DNA of 64,000 nt, taken from the NCBI GenBank assembly GCA_042408215.1, contig JAYFMW010000003.1, forward strand, positions 352,001-416,000, read 5' to 3'. Both the position numbers and the translations under genes were made by a program. Shown here one piece after another: positions 10,995 through 21,779 of the stretch (positions are counted from its first letter, which is position 1; each line of letters begins with the position of its first letter). The stretch comes from Microcoleus sp. Its GTDB lineage: Bacteria > Cyanobacteriota > Cyanobacteriia > Cyanobacteriales > Microcoleaceae. The notes beneath the pieces were generated by a model. It was not told where the DNA came from and did no database searches. It saw only the letters and a program-made list of their open reading frames with translations.

Positions 10995-11147
10995 GTGGTA
11001 GGGGCCGTGCGGTACGGGGTTCCCTGGGTTTGCATGGTTCCAAATGGGGATTTTTTGACCGCAGATGTAGGCAGATTGACGCTGATGAACGCAGATTAGA
11101 AGATGTCTGCGTGGTCTGCTAAAATTAAGATCGCTGTATTTGCCAGT

Positions 11148-11789
11148 TTACTCGGCATTTTTGAGTGCTTCAATATCACTGTTCATAATCAAATTCACAT
11201 GGCGCGTAATCTTGTCAATTTCCCAATCCCACCACCGAATTTCTAATAATTGTGCAACTTCAGCATCGCTAAAACGCTGTTTGATTGAATGTGCGGGGTT
11301 TCCACCGACAATTGTGTAAGCGGGAATGTCTTTTACTACAACAGATTTGGCGGCAATAATCGCACCGTCTCCGATTTTGACTCCGGGCATAATCACGGAT
11401 TCATAGCCGAGCCAAACATCATTTCCAATGACGGTATCGCCTTTACTTGGCAGTTCTATTAATAAATTCATGGCTGTTTCCCAACCATTCCCAAAAACAG
11501 GAAAAGGATAAGTTGAAATCCCGTCTAGTTTGTGATTTGCACCGTTCATCATGAATTTGACGTTGGTGGCGATCGCACAAAACTTGCCAATTATTAATCG
11601 CTCGTTTCCGTAGTTATAAAGTACATTTTTCTCAAAGTTTTCTGGAGCTATTGGATCGTCGTAATATGAATAATCGCCGACGATAATCTTGGGGGATTTA
11701 ATCAAGTTTTTGATGAAGCAGACGCGCCGCTGGTCTGCCATCGGATAAGGTCGGTTTGGATCGGGCCCAATTTCTGTCATAATTTTCAA
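11148..11789 (-). CDS. Vat/CatB-family hexapeptide O-acetyltransferase
   Basis: VGDYSYY, IGKFCAIA, STYPF, IGNDVWLG, WWDW. Confidence 0.88.
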   Translation of the reverse strand: MKIMTEIGPDPNRPYPMADQRRVCFIKNLIKSPKIIVGDYSYYDDPIAPENFEKNVLYNYGNERLIIGKFCAIATNVKFMMNGANHKLDGISTYPFPVFGNGWETAMNLLIELPSKGDTVIGNDVWLGYESVIMPGVKIGDGAIIAAKSVVVKDIPAYTIVGGNPAHSIKQRFSDAEVAQLLEIRWWDWEIDKITRHVNLIMNSDIEALKNAE

Positions 11790-12127
11790 TCCTTAAAGGT
11801 TCGTAGTCAGGACTAAAGTCCTGAGAACGAGTATGAATTTTCAGAATTTTTCCGGCATTTGGTGTGCGAATGAAAGTTTGATTTAGTTCGGTTTGCGCGC
11901 GCTTTACTTGGGCGATCGCACTTTTAATTTACGCTTCTGCTTCCATAACACATACTGGTAGAGTTTGTCAAGGGGTGGGTGAGAAATTTTTGGTCGATCG
12001 CACCGTGAGGCATTGAGAGTGCGATCGAACTCACAAAATTTCCAATTCTATCGAAATTCTGAAATCTTTTCATAAGTAATAGCAAAGATTTTATAATCAG
12101 AGTTCCAACAAAAGTCTGACAACAATT

Positions 12128-13210
12128 ATGGGAAAACAAAAGTGCATCGGCATCCTCACCAGCGGCGGTGACTGTGCAGGTTTAAATGCTGTGATTCGAG
12201 CCGTCGTTTACCGCGCAGTCGGAACTTACAATTGGAAGGTTTTGGGAATTCGTCAAGCCACCAAGGGCTTGATGAGCCGTCCCCCTCAAGCAATTCCTTT
12301 GGATATTGAGAAAGTAGACCCCTGGCTGACCATTGGCGGCACAATGTTAGGCACGACAAATGAGGGAAATCCTTTTGCTTTTCCGATGTCTGACGGGACA
12401 TTGCGCGATCGTTCTGATGAAATTATTGAAGGCTACCATCAATTAGGTATTGATGCCTTAATTGGCGTTGGCGGTGACGGCAGTCTCGCCATTCTCAGGA
12501 AGCTTGCTAAACAAGGCAATTTAAACTTAGTTGCTATTCCTAAAACTATTGATAATGATGTTGGAATTACCGAGCGTTCCATCGGCTTTGACACTGCTGT
12601 CAATATTGCCACAGAAGCACTAGATCGCCTGCATTTTACCGCCGCAAGTCACAGCCGCGTCATGATTCTTGAAGTCATGGGGCGCGATGCCGGACATATT
12701 GCGATTAGTGCCGGAATTGCTGGGGGAGCTGATATAATTCTGATTCCAGAAATTCCTTACAAAATTTCCCAAATCTGCCAAAAAATCCGAGAACGTCAAG
12801 AACAGGGGAAAAACTACTGTTTAATTGTAGTAGCGGAGGCAGTTCGCACTGAAGAAGGCGAATTATTGATGCACACAAATCGATTAGGTCAAAGTCGGTT
12901 GGGTGGAATCGGTCAGTATTTAGCTGATACAATTTCTGACTGTAGCGGTGCAGAAACGCGGGTTACTGTTTTGGGACACGTTCAGCGTGGGGGTACACCT
13001 TCGCCGCTAGAAAGATTGATTGCTTCGGCTTTTGGCATAGCCGCTGTAGATTTAATTGCTGAGGAGAAATACGATCGCATGGTAACTTGGCAGCAGCGGG
13101 GAGTGATGAGCGTTCCTTTGGAAGATGCGATCGCCAAATACAGAGCTGTGGAACCCGATTCTACTCTGGTGAAAACAGCTCGCGGTTTGGGAATTTGCCT
13201 GGGAGACTAG
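12128..13210 (+). CDS. pfkA: 6-phosphofructokinase
   Basis: TSGGD, GGDGS, PKTIDND, EVMGR, LGHVQRGG. Confidence 0.95.
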   Translation: MGKQKCIGILTSGGDCAGLNAVIRAVVYRAVGTYNWKVLGIRQATKGLMSRPPQAIPLDIEKVDPWLTIGGTMLGTTNEGNPFAFPMSDGTLRDRSDEIIEGYHQLGIDALIGVGGDGSLAILRKLAKQGNLNLVAIPKTIDNDVGITERSIGFDTAVNIATEALDRLHFTAASHSRVMILEVMGRDAGHIAISAGIAGGADIILIPEIPYKISQICQKIRERQEQGKNYCLIVVAEAVRTEEGELLMHTNRLGQSRLGGIGQYLADTISDCSGAETRVTVLGHVQRGGTPSPLERLIASAFGIAAVDLIAEEKYDRMVTWQQRGVMSVPLEDAIAKYRAVEPDSTLVKTARGLGICLGD

Positions 13211-13331
13211 AAAATTTAGGACTTACACAAGGGAGCAATTTTTACTCTATCTGTAGGTGTGTACTGCACACCTTACTACTACAGATAGAGCCATCGCATT
13301 CAAGAATTCCTCTGAAAAATAGGGAGAATTT

Positions 13332-13793
13332 ATGAGAGTACGAATCTACGAAATCGGTGATCCCGAAGAAATTGTGCAACTGTTTTACGACACCGTACAC
13401 GAAGTAAATATTCGGGATTACACAAAAGCACAAGTAGATGCTTGGGCACCCAAAGATATTGATATCGCAAGTTGGACTAAAAGTTTAAGCAGTAAATTTA
13501 CTTTCGTAGCAGAAGAATCTGACAAAATTTTAGGTTTTGGGGAATTAGAAACAAGCGGCCATATCGATTGCTTTTACTGTCATAAAGATTTTCAAAGACA
13601 AGGAGTCGGCAGGCACATTTTAGCACAAATTGATGCAAAAGCCCGATATTTAGGAATTCAAAAGTTATTTACAGAAGCCAGTATTACAGCTAAAGCTTTT
13701 TTTGAAAGCCAGGGATTTATTGTAGTTAAACAGCAAGAAGTAGAACGGAGAGGACAAAAAATTATCAACTTTGCAATGGAAAAACTTATATAG
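13332..13793 (+). CDS. GNAT acetyltransferase (YafP-like)
   Basis: QRQGVG acetyl-CoA motif, EASITAKAFFE. Confidence 0.88.
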   Translation: MRVRIYEIGDPEEIVQLFYDTVHEVNIRDYTKAQVDAWAPKDIDIASWTKSLSSKFTFVAEESDKILGFGELETSGHIDCFYCHKDFQRQGVGRHILAQIDAKARYLGIQKLFTEASITAKAFFESQGFIVVKQQEVERRGQKIINFAMEKLI

Positions 13794-13899
13794 GACTTAC
13801 GCATAAATACCAAAGAAACCGGGTTTTTGGCCGTTTCTGCGGATGTAACGCGTCTTTTCAGAAAAAACCCGGTTTCTGACCACCCATGCGTAAGTCCTA
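13791..13899. mobile_element. MITE-like element with TAGGACTTACGCA terminal inverted repeats and internal AAACCGGGTTT inverted pair
   Basis: Perfect 13-bp TIRs; related copies near 23937, 54074, 61084, 63751. Confidence 0.8.
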
Positions 13900-13971
13900 T
13901 TATATAAAAAGCGTTGGCATGAAGCTAAGATGTAAAATTAAATCAAAGAGTTTTGCAGAGGAGTTGCGATC

Positions 13972-14340
13972 GTGACAGAGGCTACAAATGTTCTGGGCGG
14001 AAAATTAGAGACTTGCTGCACTTCGCCAATGACGGGCTATTATCGAGACGGCAAATGCAATACAGGTGGCGGTGACTTCGGGGCTCACACCGTTTGTGTT
14101 CAACTGACGGCAGAGTTTTTGCAATTCACCAAAAGGAGGGGAAATGATTTGAGCACTCCTGTTCCCGAATTTCAATTCCCCGGTTTGAAGCCTGGGGGTT
14201 GCTGGTGTTTGTGCGCTTCGAGGTGGAAAGAAGCTATGGATGCGGGAGTTGCGCCGCCTGTGGTTTTGGCCGCGACTCATGTCTTAACTTTGGAATACGT
14301 TTCTTTGGCTGAATTGAAGCAGCACGCTGCTGATTTGTAG
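13972..14340 (+). CDS. DUF2237 family protein
   Basis: TGYYRDGKC, GNDLSTP, WCLCASRW. Confidence 0.9.
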   Translation: MTEATNVLGGKLETCCTSPMTGYYRDGKCNTGGGDFGAHTVCVQLTAEFLQFTKRRGNDLSTPVPEFQFPGLKPGGCWCLCASRWKEAMDAGVAPPVVLAATHVLTLEYVSLAELKQHAADL

Positions 14341-14441
14341 GGAGGAATGTGCGATCGCTTTTAGTCAATAAGGGCGATCGGGTTTTAAAGGCGAGCTCGC
14401 GACTGAAATGTTTAAGTGCGATCGGGTGTCATTCTCAAGTT

Positions 14442-15923
14442 TTATGGTTGAGTTGGTGGTTCCCACTTACAGATAGACTTTGGCTGGAGAGGACAAGTTT
14501 TGGGGGCGATCGGATTTCCGCTGAGGCGGAGCTCTGTCAGGTTAGTCAAAGATTGCAAGGGTTTGATATCGCTGATTTGATTTTTTTCGAGCCAGAGCTC
14601 TGTCAGGTTAGTCAAAGATTGCAAGGGTTTGATATCGCTGATTTTATTGTTGCTGAGGCGGAGCTCTGTCAGGTTAGTCAAAGATTGCAAGGGTTTAATG
14701 TCGCTGATTTGATTGTTGTTGAGGTAGAGCTCTGTCAGTTTAGTCAAGGATTGCAAGGGTTTGATATCGCTGATCGGATTTCCGCTGAGGCTGAGCCAAG
14801 TCAGTTTAGTCAAAGATTGCAAGGGTTTGATATCGCTGATTTTATTGTTTCTGAGGCTGAGCCCAGTCAGGTTAGTCAAAGATTGCAAGGGTTTGATATC
14901 GCTGATTTGATTGTTGTCGAGGACGAGCTCTGTCAGGTTAGTCAAAGATTGCAAGGGTTTGATATCGCTGATTTGATTGTTGTCGAGGCGGAGCTCTGTC
15001 AGGTTAGTCAAAGATTGCAAGGGTTTGATGTCGCTGATTTTATTGTCGTGGAGGCTGAGCAAAGTCAGATTAGTCAAAGATTGCAAGGGTTTGATGTCCC
15101 TAATTTGATTGTTGTCGAGGCCGAGCCCAGTCAGTTTAGTCAAGGATTGCAAGGGTTTAATGTCGCTGATTTTATTGTCCCAGAGGAAGAGCACAGTCAG
15201 ATCAGTCAAGGATTGCAAGGGTTTGATGTCGCTGATTTGATTGTTGCTGAGGAAGAGCACAGTCAGATCAGTCAAGGATTGCAAGGGTTTGATATCGCTG
15301 ATTTTATTGTCCCAGAGGTCGATCACAGTCAGGTTGGTCAAAGATTGCAAGGGTTTGATGTCGCTGATGTTATTGTTGCGGAGGTCGAGCTCATACAGGT
15401 TAGTCAAGGATTGCAAGGGTTTGATGTCGCTGATTTTATTGTTGCTGAGGAAGAGCTGAATCAGGTTGGTCAAAGATTGCAAGGGTTTGATGTCGCTGAT
15501 GTTATTGTTGCTGAGGTCGAGCCAAGTCAGTTTAGTCAAAGATTGCAAGGGTTTGATGTCGCTGATTTTATTGTTGCTGAGGCGGAGCTCTGTCAGTTTA
15601 GTCAAGGATTGCAAGGGTTTGATGTCGCTGATTTTATCGTTGTAGAAGTTAAGTTCCCTGAGACTCGAAAGTTTCCGATTGGCTGCATCGCATTCAGTAG
15701 TCTCAGCTTTCTGCAACAGCACCTCAACAGTATGTTTAGCTTCAGGAGTCAAAGAATCCCTCATGCGACACCAATCAGCAAATGTTCGTCCACTGTTTCC
15801 CGATCGCTTCTCTGCGACTAACGGGGAAAATCCATTTCCACATGATGCTAGGACGATCGCACTAAAAGCAACTACTATCAACCTTTGTAAATTTATATGT
15901 TTGTCTGCAACTATAAGTGTCAT
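14442..15923 (-). CDS. Internalin-like leucine-rich-repeat lipoprotein (about 18 x 22-aa LRR)
   Basis: VLASC lipobox, Cys-containing caps, 17 copies of DIKPLQSLT. Confidence 0.9.
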   Translation of the reverse strand: MTLIVADKHINLQRLIVVAFSAIVLASCGNGFSPLVAEKRSGNSGRTFADWCRMRDSLTPEAKHTVEVLLQKAETTECDAANRKLSSLRELNFYNDKISDIKPLQSLTKLTELRLSNNKISDIKPLQSLTKLTWLDLSNNNISDIKPLQSLTNLIQLFLSNNKISDIKPLQSLTNLYELDLRNNNISDIKPLQSLTNLTVIDLWDNKISDIKPLQSLTDLTVLFLSNNQISDIKPLQSLTDLTVLFLWDNKISDIKPLQSLTKLTGLGLDNNQIRDIKPLQSLTNLTLLSLHDNKISDIKPLQSLTNLTELRLDNNQISDIKPLQSLTNLTELVLDNNQISDIKPLQSLTNLTGLSLRNNKISDIKPLQSLTKLTWLSLSGNPISDIKPLQSLTKLTELYLNNNQISDIKPLQSLTNLTELRLSNNKISDIKPLQSLTNLTELWLEKNQISDIKPLQSLTNLTELRLSGNPIAPKTCPLQPKSICKWEPPTQP

Positions 15924-16069
15924 AATCCTGTACCTCTAATTTTCTGATACATGAAAAGCGGAAAACTGCCCAACACATTTATATCTGATTATACTAATTC
16001 CTAGAGTGCTTCAGTTTGCGTTATCTGATCTGCGAAGCGAGGATATTTCTACTGACGCACCCTACTCAA

Positions 16070-17104
16070 CTAATTAATATCAACTCCCACCAAATCTGCC
16101 ACAACTTTCTCCAATCCAGCTATCACCTTCGCCGTCCGTTCCCAATCAACCTTATCCGGCGTATCCTCAGAAGTATGATAAAAAGGATAACGATAAGGAG
16201 CCGTATCAGTCACCATCAAACCCGGATAACCATGCTGCCAAAAAGCCCATTGATCTGACCAACCAACACCGGGAATCACACCAGGAATTGCTGCACCTTC
16301 CGAGGGAAATTGAGCATGGCCGCGGAAAGATGCGATCGCATCCCTCACCAGTTTACTTGAGCCAGTATTACCAATAAATCCGATAAAATTCCCAGAAGTA
16401 GGATAAAGTAGACTTAAGGGCGCTGGATATTTCTGACTATCCTTAACATCTGAATAATAACCAATTGTTTCTAAACTCAACATCCCCACAATCTTTTCAT
16501 TACGTTCTCTGCATCTTTTCGCATAAACCAAACTCCCCATATCCGCAGTCCAGAAAAAAGGCGGTTCTTCATTGACAAACTCAACAAAACGCAGTGTCCT
16601 GTTAGGCTTTTTATCCGCAAACATTCTCGCTAAAGCCAACACTCCCACCGCCCCAGTTCCATTATCATTGGCCCCTGGACTACCTACCACCGAGTCATAA
16701 TGTCCGCCAATTACCACAATTTCATCCGCATTTTTACCACCGGGAATTTCCACCTCAATGTTATAATAAAATCTATCATCAACTTTGTATCCTTGTCGTT
16801 CAACTTGATAGCCAGCAGCCTGAAATGAAGTTTCCAAAAAATCAGCAGTTGCGGCAAGTTTCTGATATTGAATAAAATTGCGTTCTCCAATTTCACCAGC
16901 TAACTTTTCCCCATCGCGGCGTAAAGCATCACGCATCACAATTTCCTGTGGCGTTAAAGGAGGAATTGTCCCGCTATAGCTTTTTCCAGGCATTGCAATC
17001 ATAGTCAAATATCCCACACAAAGCAGAATAATTAGGACAATACTCAGGATAGAAAGTCTAATTAATGCAGCGCGATCCCATAATTTCATTTTTATTTGTC
17101 GCAT
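16070..17104 (-). CDS. M28 family metallopeptidase
   Basis: GHYDS, PGANDNGTG, NEEPP, SDQ, YH. Confidence 0.88.
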   Translation of the reverse strand: MRQIKMKLWDRAALIRLSILSIVLIILLCVGYLTMIAMPGKSYSGTIPPLTPQEIVMRDALRRDGEKLAGEIGERNFIQYQKLAATADFLETSFQAAGYQVERQGYKVDDRFYYNIEVEIPGGKNADEIVVIGGHYDSVVGSPGANDNGTGAVGVLALARMFADKKPNRTLRFVEFVNEEPPFFWTADMGSLVYAKRCRERNEKIVGMLSLETIGYYSDVKDSQKYPAPLSLLYPTSGNFIGFIGNTGSSKLVRDAIASFRGHAQFPSEGAAIPGVIPGVGWSDQWAFWQHGYPGLMVTDTAPYRYPFYHTSEDTPDKVDWERTAKVIAGLEKVVADLVGVDIN

Positions 17105-17226
17105 CAGTTTTCTATTGTGAGTTATGCTTTAATTAGACAAGACTTACACACTCAATGGCCGTGTTGCAAGGGTTTGAGATTATTCGCAACACTTGCGAAT
17201 GACAGAATTACGTTAGCACCCTACAT

Positions 17227-17334
17227 TATACCAAATCCGGCTCTAGACCCCCTGATCTTTCTCCTCTTCTTTGTGTCCTTCGCGTCTTCGCGGTCGATCA
17301 AAAAAAGGGGGTTAGGTCAGCGGATTTGGTATTA
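17227..17334. mobile_element. MITE-like element with ATACCAAATCCG terminal inverted repeats
   Basis: ATACCAAATCCG ... CGGATTTGGTAT with TA-rich flanks. Confidence 0.7.
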
Positions 17335-17335
17335 C

Positions 17336-18538
17336 TTAAGATTCTGGCAACTTATACTGTCCCACAATCCGCTTAGCAAATTCCGGTACATGATCCTCCA
17401 ATTTCTCCGGGTAATTCCGCTTCACGTACAGATAATTGCGAGTGAAATGAGAATCAATCGAAAACCGAGCATATTCCAAACCCTTCGGCCCAATTCTCTC
17501 AATAAAAACTCCCATTAACTTCGCCGCCCACATCGGCAAAGTTACTCCCTTTTCATAAGCCGGAATACTCTGCTGAACCGCCGGCATCCTATTACCTTGA
17601 GACATCACCGGCTGAGTATTTAACTGCTCCATTACTAAGTCTAACATCTCTTGTCCCGTATCATTTCGCACCACAATCCACTGCCAGCCAAAAGGTGCGC
17701 CCATGTAGCCCACAACTAAATCTGCCAAGGAATTAACATAATCAAAACAACTCAAACAAGAAGGAGCAAAAACATCTTTCAATTCCTTAGTATTCAATCC
17801 AAAAAACGGCACTTTTTCCACCGAACCATCTTCATGTTTGAAGTGAACGTTAAAGTCTTGCATAAACTCGTAAGACAGAACTGTTTCGGGAGAACGGCTA
17901 GTGGTGTCTAGGAATTTCTGCAAGCCCGCGCGGCTGACATTATCGACGCAGGGAGTTCCCAAAACGTAGAGCTTTTCTAAACCGAGTTTTTTCTCGACTG
18001 TTCGCAAGGCTTGAATTTGACAGCCGACACCAATTACTAACAGCCGCTTCATCCCCGATTTTTCGATTTGTTCCAATACTGAAAGGTTGGGAGAGAGAGT
18101 TGGTTTGTTGACTTTTGCTGCGAGAATCTCTTCGCGAGTTGTCGCAATAATCGGCATCGGTTGAAAGCGGTCTTCTTTGGTAGTTTGGACGCAAACAACG
18201 CCTTCTACAATGCCTTTTTCGAGCATTTCAATGGCAATTGTGCTGACGATTCCCGTCCACTGAGCGCCCTCGATCGGCTCTTTTTTCCGGGCGGCCATCA
18301 TGTTTTGACTGACTCCGAAATACCAATCGTCGGGATTGTCGAGATTTCGCGATCGCCCGTGAATCTCTGCTTCCAGTTCCGCGATGTGCTGTGTTAAGAA
18401 AGCACAAGATTCCTTGACATAGTGGATGTAATATGTATCGCATAAACCGCACTCGCTACAAAGTTCTTTAGCGGGGCGGCGGCTACCCGGTTTGAGGGCT
18501 TTGGATTTTTGGTGCTTAGCAGAATCTGTTGCGGTCAT
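17336..18538 (-). CDS. bciB: FrhB-family 3,8-divinyl chlorophyllide 8-vinyl reductase (Slr1923-like)
   Basis: RPAKELCSECGLC, GAQWTGIV, GVGCQ, CLSCFDY. Confidence 0.85.
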   Translation of the reverse strand: MTATDSAKHQKSKALKPGSRRPAKELCSECGLCDTYYIHYVKESCAFLTQHIAELEAEIHGRSRNLDNPDDWYFGVSQNMMAARKKEPIEGAQWTGIVSTIAIEMLEKGIVEGVVCVQTTKEDRFQPMPIIATTREEILAAKVNKPTLSPNLSVLEQIEKSGMKRLLVIGVGCQIQALRTVEKKLGLEKLYVLGTPCVDNVSRAGLQKFLDTTSRSPETVLSYEFMQDFNVHFKHEDGSVEKVPFFGLNTKELKDVFAPSCLSCFDYVNSLADLVVGYMGAPFGWQWIVVRNDTGQEMLDLVMEQLNTQPVMSQGNRMPAVQQSIPAYEKGVTLPMWAAKLMGVFIERIGPKGLEYARFSIDSHFTRNYLYVKRNYPEKLEDHVPEFAKRIVGQYKLPES

Positions 18539-18766
18539 CTAAATTACTTATTTTTATGGAGATATGGCTTGTACGAGAATATCACACCAATTTGGGTTAA
18601 TTTATTTCTTTATTCTTTTTTTCAGTCCGCTTGGAGTGGACTTCGTTTGTATAGCAGCGAATTCCATTCGCCCGGAATTCGTGGATCAAACATGAGGATT
18701 TATCCTGAAATAGGGGGCGATCGCAGGAATTATTCGACAAATAAAGCTCTGGGATAAATCGTAAAA

Positions 18767-19318
18767 ATGTTTGTAAAAACAGCCCTCGCGGGCATCATTT
18801 GCAATCTCGCAATTTCCGGCTTAGGATTTGCTGTTTTAATTCGTCCTATTCCTGTTATGAATCCAACTCTTGCTACTCTAGAAACAATGCTGACAGCTAC
18901 ACAAAACCCGATCGCCCTTAACTATTCGCGGATGGGAATTGGTGGCGTTCGGTTAGGGATGTCTGTAGAAGCAGCAAAACGCCAATTGGGAAAACCGCAA
19001 CGCGACGAAACTAAACCGGCTGGGCCTGCAATTGGCGGCAAGATTCGCACGCTAACTTACCAAGGTTTGACAGTGGCAGCATGGGAGGGAAAAGTTTATT
19101 CGATTTCCACTGACAATCCCAAGTTTACTACAATTGATGGTGTCAAGGTAGGAGATAGTAAGCAAAAAGTCATTAAAACTTACGGTTCTGGGTCGCCATC
19201 TGTTGAGGGTAACGTGACTCGGTTGATTTACAGCAATGACCAAAAGGCTTCTAATTTGATTTTTGAACTCCGGGGCGATCGCTTGCAAAAAATCATTTGC
19301 GGTACGCAGCTAAACTGA
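18767..19318 (+). CDS. Hypothetical exported protein
   Basis: Hydrophobic N-terminus; repeated G(V/I)xxG motif (IGGVRLG, DGVKVG). Confidence 0.65.
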   Translation: MFVKTALAGIICNLAISGLGFAVLIRPIPVMNPTLATLETMLTATQNPIALNYSRMGIGGVRLGMSVEAAKRQLGKPQRDETKPAGPAIGGKIRTLTYQGLTVAAWEGKVYSISTDNPKFTTIDGVKVGDSKQKVIKTYGSGSPSVEGNVTRLIYSNDQKASNLIFELRGDRLQKIICGTQLN

Positions 19319-19358
19319 AATGTGTTACACCAGATTGCAAACATCCAGTTTGCAGGCT

Positions 19359-19940
19359 TCATTCCTCTTCGTCATCAACAGCCAACTTTTCCATTTCCTC
19401 AGCAATTAGCGTCTGAAATTCCTCTCCGCAGTGAACGTTCAGTTGAATTGCAGCAATGATGAACTCTGCTAGAATTTCAGCTTTTTGTCGATCGCTCAAA
19501 TCAGGTAACTGAAGCTGATGGGTTAAAGTAATCACATTTTGAGACTCAGTACCCAATTCATCAATTAATGCGATCGGCGTAGAATTAGTTACATAAATTG
19601 TCCGATCGCTAACTTGCTTCTTTACTTGTGTTTTTTTGGAATAATTTAACCGCAGAGAGCGCAGAGGACACAGAGGAAGAGAAGAGAGAGATGAATAATT
19701 CCGATACCATCAGTACCCAATTCATCAATTAATGTTCTCAGCGTAGAATTAGTTACAGAATCGCTAATACCAATTTAATGGGTCGTTGCATATATCTCGC
19801 TCCCCCTAAATCCCCCTTAATCAGGGAGTAGGGTGTGAGTAGGGGTTGACTTTGAGCAGAATCTTGTTCCCCCCTTATTAAGGGGGGTTAGGGGGGATCA
19901 GATTCTATGCAGCCTCATAAAAAACTGGTATAACTTGCAT
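19359..19940 (-). pseudogene. Small hypothetical gene with partial 5' duplication; one copy lost its ATG, the other is split by an insertion
   Basis: 19545-19690 resembles 19710-19767 plus 19931-20010; ATGCAAGTT versus AAGCAAGTT. Confidence 0.55.
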
Positions 19941-20101
19941 CTTTACTTGTGTTTTTTTGGAGTAATTTAACCGCAGAGAGCGCAGAGGGCACAGAGGAAG
20001 AGAAGAGAGGGATCAATAAAAAAAGTAGAGGTGCGATATCGCATCTCTACAAAAAATCAAAGTAAGGTGCGACCGGGCGCACCCTACAAATTACCTACAA
20101 A

Positions 20102-21586
20102 TTAGTAGTTCTGTGAAACCGGAGAATTTGAGGCTCCTGAAAAAGTCGGTGACACACTATTACTCGGTCCCGTACCATTCTTAGGCCGCTTCTTGATCAA
20201 GATCGGCTTGACACCGTTTTCGGCGATCGGCGCATCTTCCTGTTGAGCATAATCAGCGCCCATCCAAGCCGGACGGCTTTGATCGAAAGCCATTTGCAAT
20301 GCCGCAGCCGCGATCGCGTGGGAGTCGTACTCCTCGGATAGCTGAGACACCAGAGGTAAGAAAGATGCCATCCGTTCGCCAGCCAAAGCTTCGCGAACTT
20401 TACCCTGCATCTTTTCCAACTGACGCGCTTCGATTTGTGCCCGTGTCGGAATGTTTCGCACTGTTAAGCTCGATCGAACGTGGCGTTCAATTAAGCGCAG
20501 TTTCCGGCGATCGACTGGTTGAATCAGCGTAATCGCTGTCCCTTCCCGGCCAGCCCGGCCCGTGCGTCCGATCCGGTGAACGTAGCTTTCTACGCTGTCT
20601 GGTAAATCGTAGTTAATCACGTGACTCAAGTGATCCACGTCCAAACCACGGGCAGCGATATCAGTCGCTACTACCCAGCGCACCTGACATTGGCGGAACC
20701 GGTGCAGCAAACGTTCCCGCTGTGCTTGGTTCAAATTACCGTGATACTCATCAACGCTGTGGCCTGCTGCTTGCAGTTGGCTGGTGAGTTCTGCCGCCGA
20801 CTGCCGAGTCCGCACAAAAATCAGCGCCGATTCCGGGTCTTCCATTTCTAGAATTGGCTGTAAAGCTCTTGCTTTCGACCAGCCCCGCGGAATCATGTAC
20901 ACGCCTTGGCTGATCCGCTTCGGCGTTGCTTTCGGCTGTTCTACGGTGACGTTGACTGGGTTACGCAAATGTCTCGCCACCAATTTGCGAATCGTAGCTT
21001 CCATCGTCGCCGAGAAAAACGCTGTTTGCCGCTCTTGTGGTGCTGCATCCAGAATTTTTTCGACATCTTGGATAAAGCCCATGCTGAGCATTTCGTCAGC
21101 TTCATCCAAAACCAGCCACTTCAGCTTGTCTAGTTTCAGGCTGCCCCGACTTAACATATCTAATATGCGTCCGGGTGTACCGACAACGATGTGAACGCCG
21201 CGCTTCAAACGCTGCATTTGGCGATCGATCGACTGACCACCGTACACTGTCAGAACTTGCAGAGAGCGGCCGATTTTCACCGGGCCATCGCTACTGATAC
21301 CGCTCAAATCACGGATGGCTTCAGTCACTTGCATCGCCAATTCGCGAGTTGGTGTCAGCACCAGTGCTTGCACCGCAGTTAAGTCAATATCTATCCGCTC
21401 CAAGATGGGCAATGAGAATGCTGCTGTTTTGCCTGTTCCTGTTTGGGCTTGACCCACAACGTCGCGGCCTGCTAGCAAGTGAGGAATTGCTTGTACTTGA
21501 ATGGGAGTAGGTTCTGTAAAGCCTAGTGTTTCCAGATGGAGAACGAGTTCTTCCGAAAGACCTAAGCCTTCAAACAATAAATTCAT
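20102..21586 (-). CDS. crhR: DEAD-box RNA helicase, CrhR type
   Basis: AQTGTGKT, PTRELA, DEAD, SAT, HRIGRTGR; downstream of rimO. Confidence 0.9.
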   Translation of the reverse strand: MNLLFEGLGLSEELVLHLETLGFTEPTPIQVQAIPHLLAGRDVVGQAQTGTGKTAAFSLPILERIDIDLTAVQALVLTPTRELAMQVTEAIRDLSGISSDGPVKIGRSLQVLTVYGGQSIDRQMQRLKRGVHIVVGTPGRILDMLSRGSLKLDKLKWLVLDEADEMLSMGFIQDVEKILDAAPQERQTAFFSATMEATIRKLVARHLRNPVNVTVEQPKATPKRISQGVYMIPRGWSKARALQPILEMEDPESALIFVRTRQSAAELTSQLQAAGHSVDEYHGNLNQAQRERLLHRFRQCQVRWVVATDIAARGLDVDHLSHVINYDLPDSVESYVHRIGRTGRAGREGTAITLIQPVDRRKLRLIERHVRSSLTVRNIPTRAQIEARQLEKMQGKVREALAGERMASFLPLVSQLSEEYDSHAIAAAALQMAFDQSRPAWMGADYAQQEDAPIAENGVKPILIKKRPKNGTGPSNSVSPTFSGASNSPVSQNY

Positions 21587-21779
21587 TAATGCTCCTAGTA
21601 ACGAGTTTTAGCCTTCTAAGTTGCCCAACTCGGATGCGGATTTCTGCTTTAGGGCAGGAACTCATAAGAGTTCTGTATGGTGCTGCGCCGGGACGCCCAC
21701 TTTCTTAAATAGCAATCGAGTATAGGGCATATCTGTCGAGGGTGACTAATTTACCCACTCGACAGCAGTCTTTGATTTT

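Noticed and set aside
11148..11789. Mobile antibiotic-resistance gene
   Set aside because: Vat/CatB-like genes are common chromosomal genes; no integron or IS context
14349..15821. 490-aa plus-strand ORF
   Set aside because: Antisense shadow of the LRR repeats
14442..15923. Diversity-generating retroelement target
   Set aside because: No reverse transcriptase or template repeat in the window; adenine-specific mutation cannot be shown by eye
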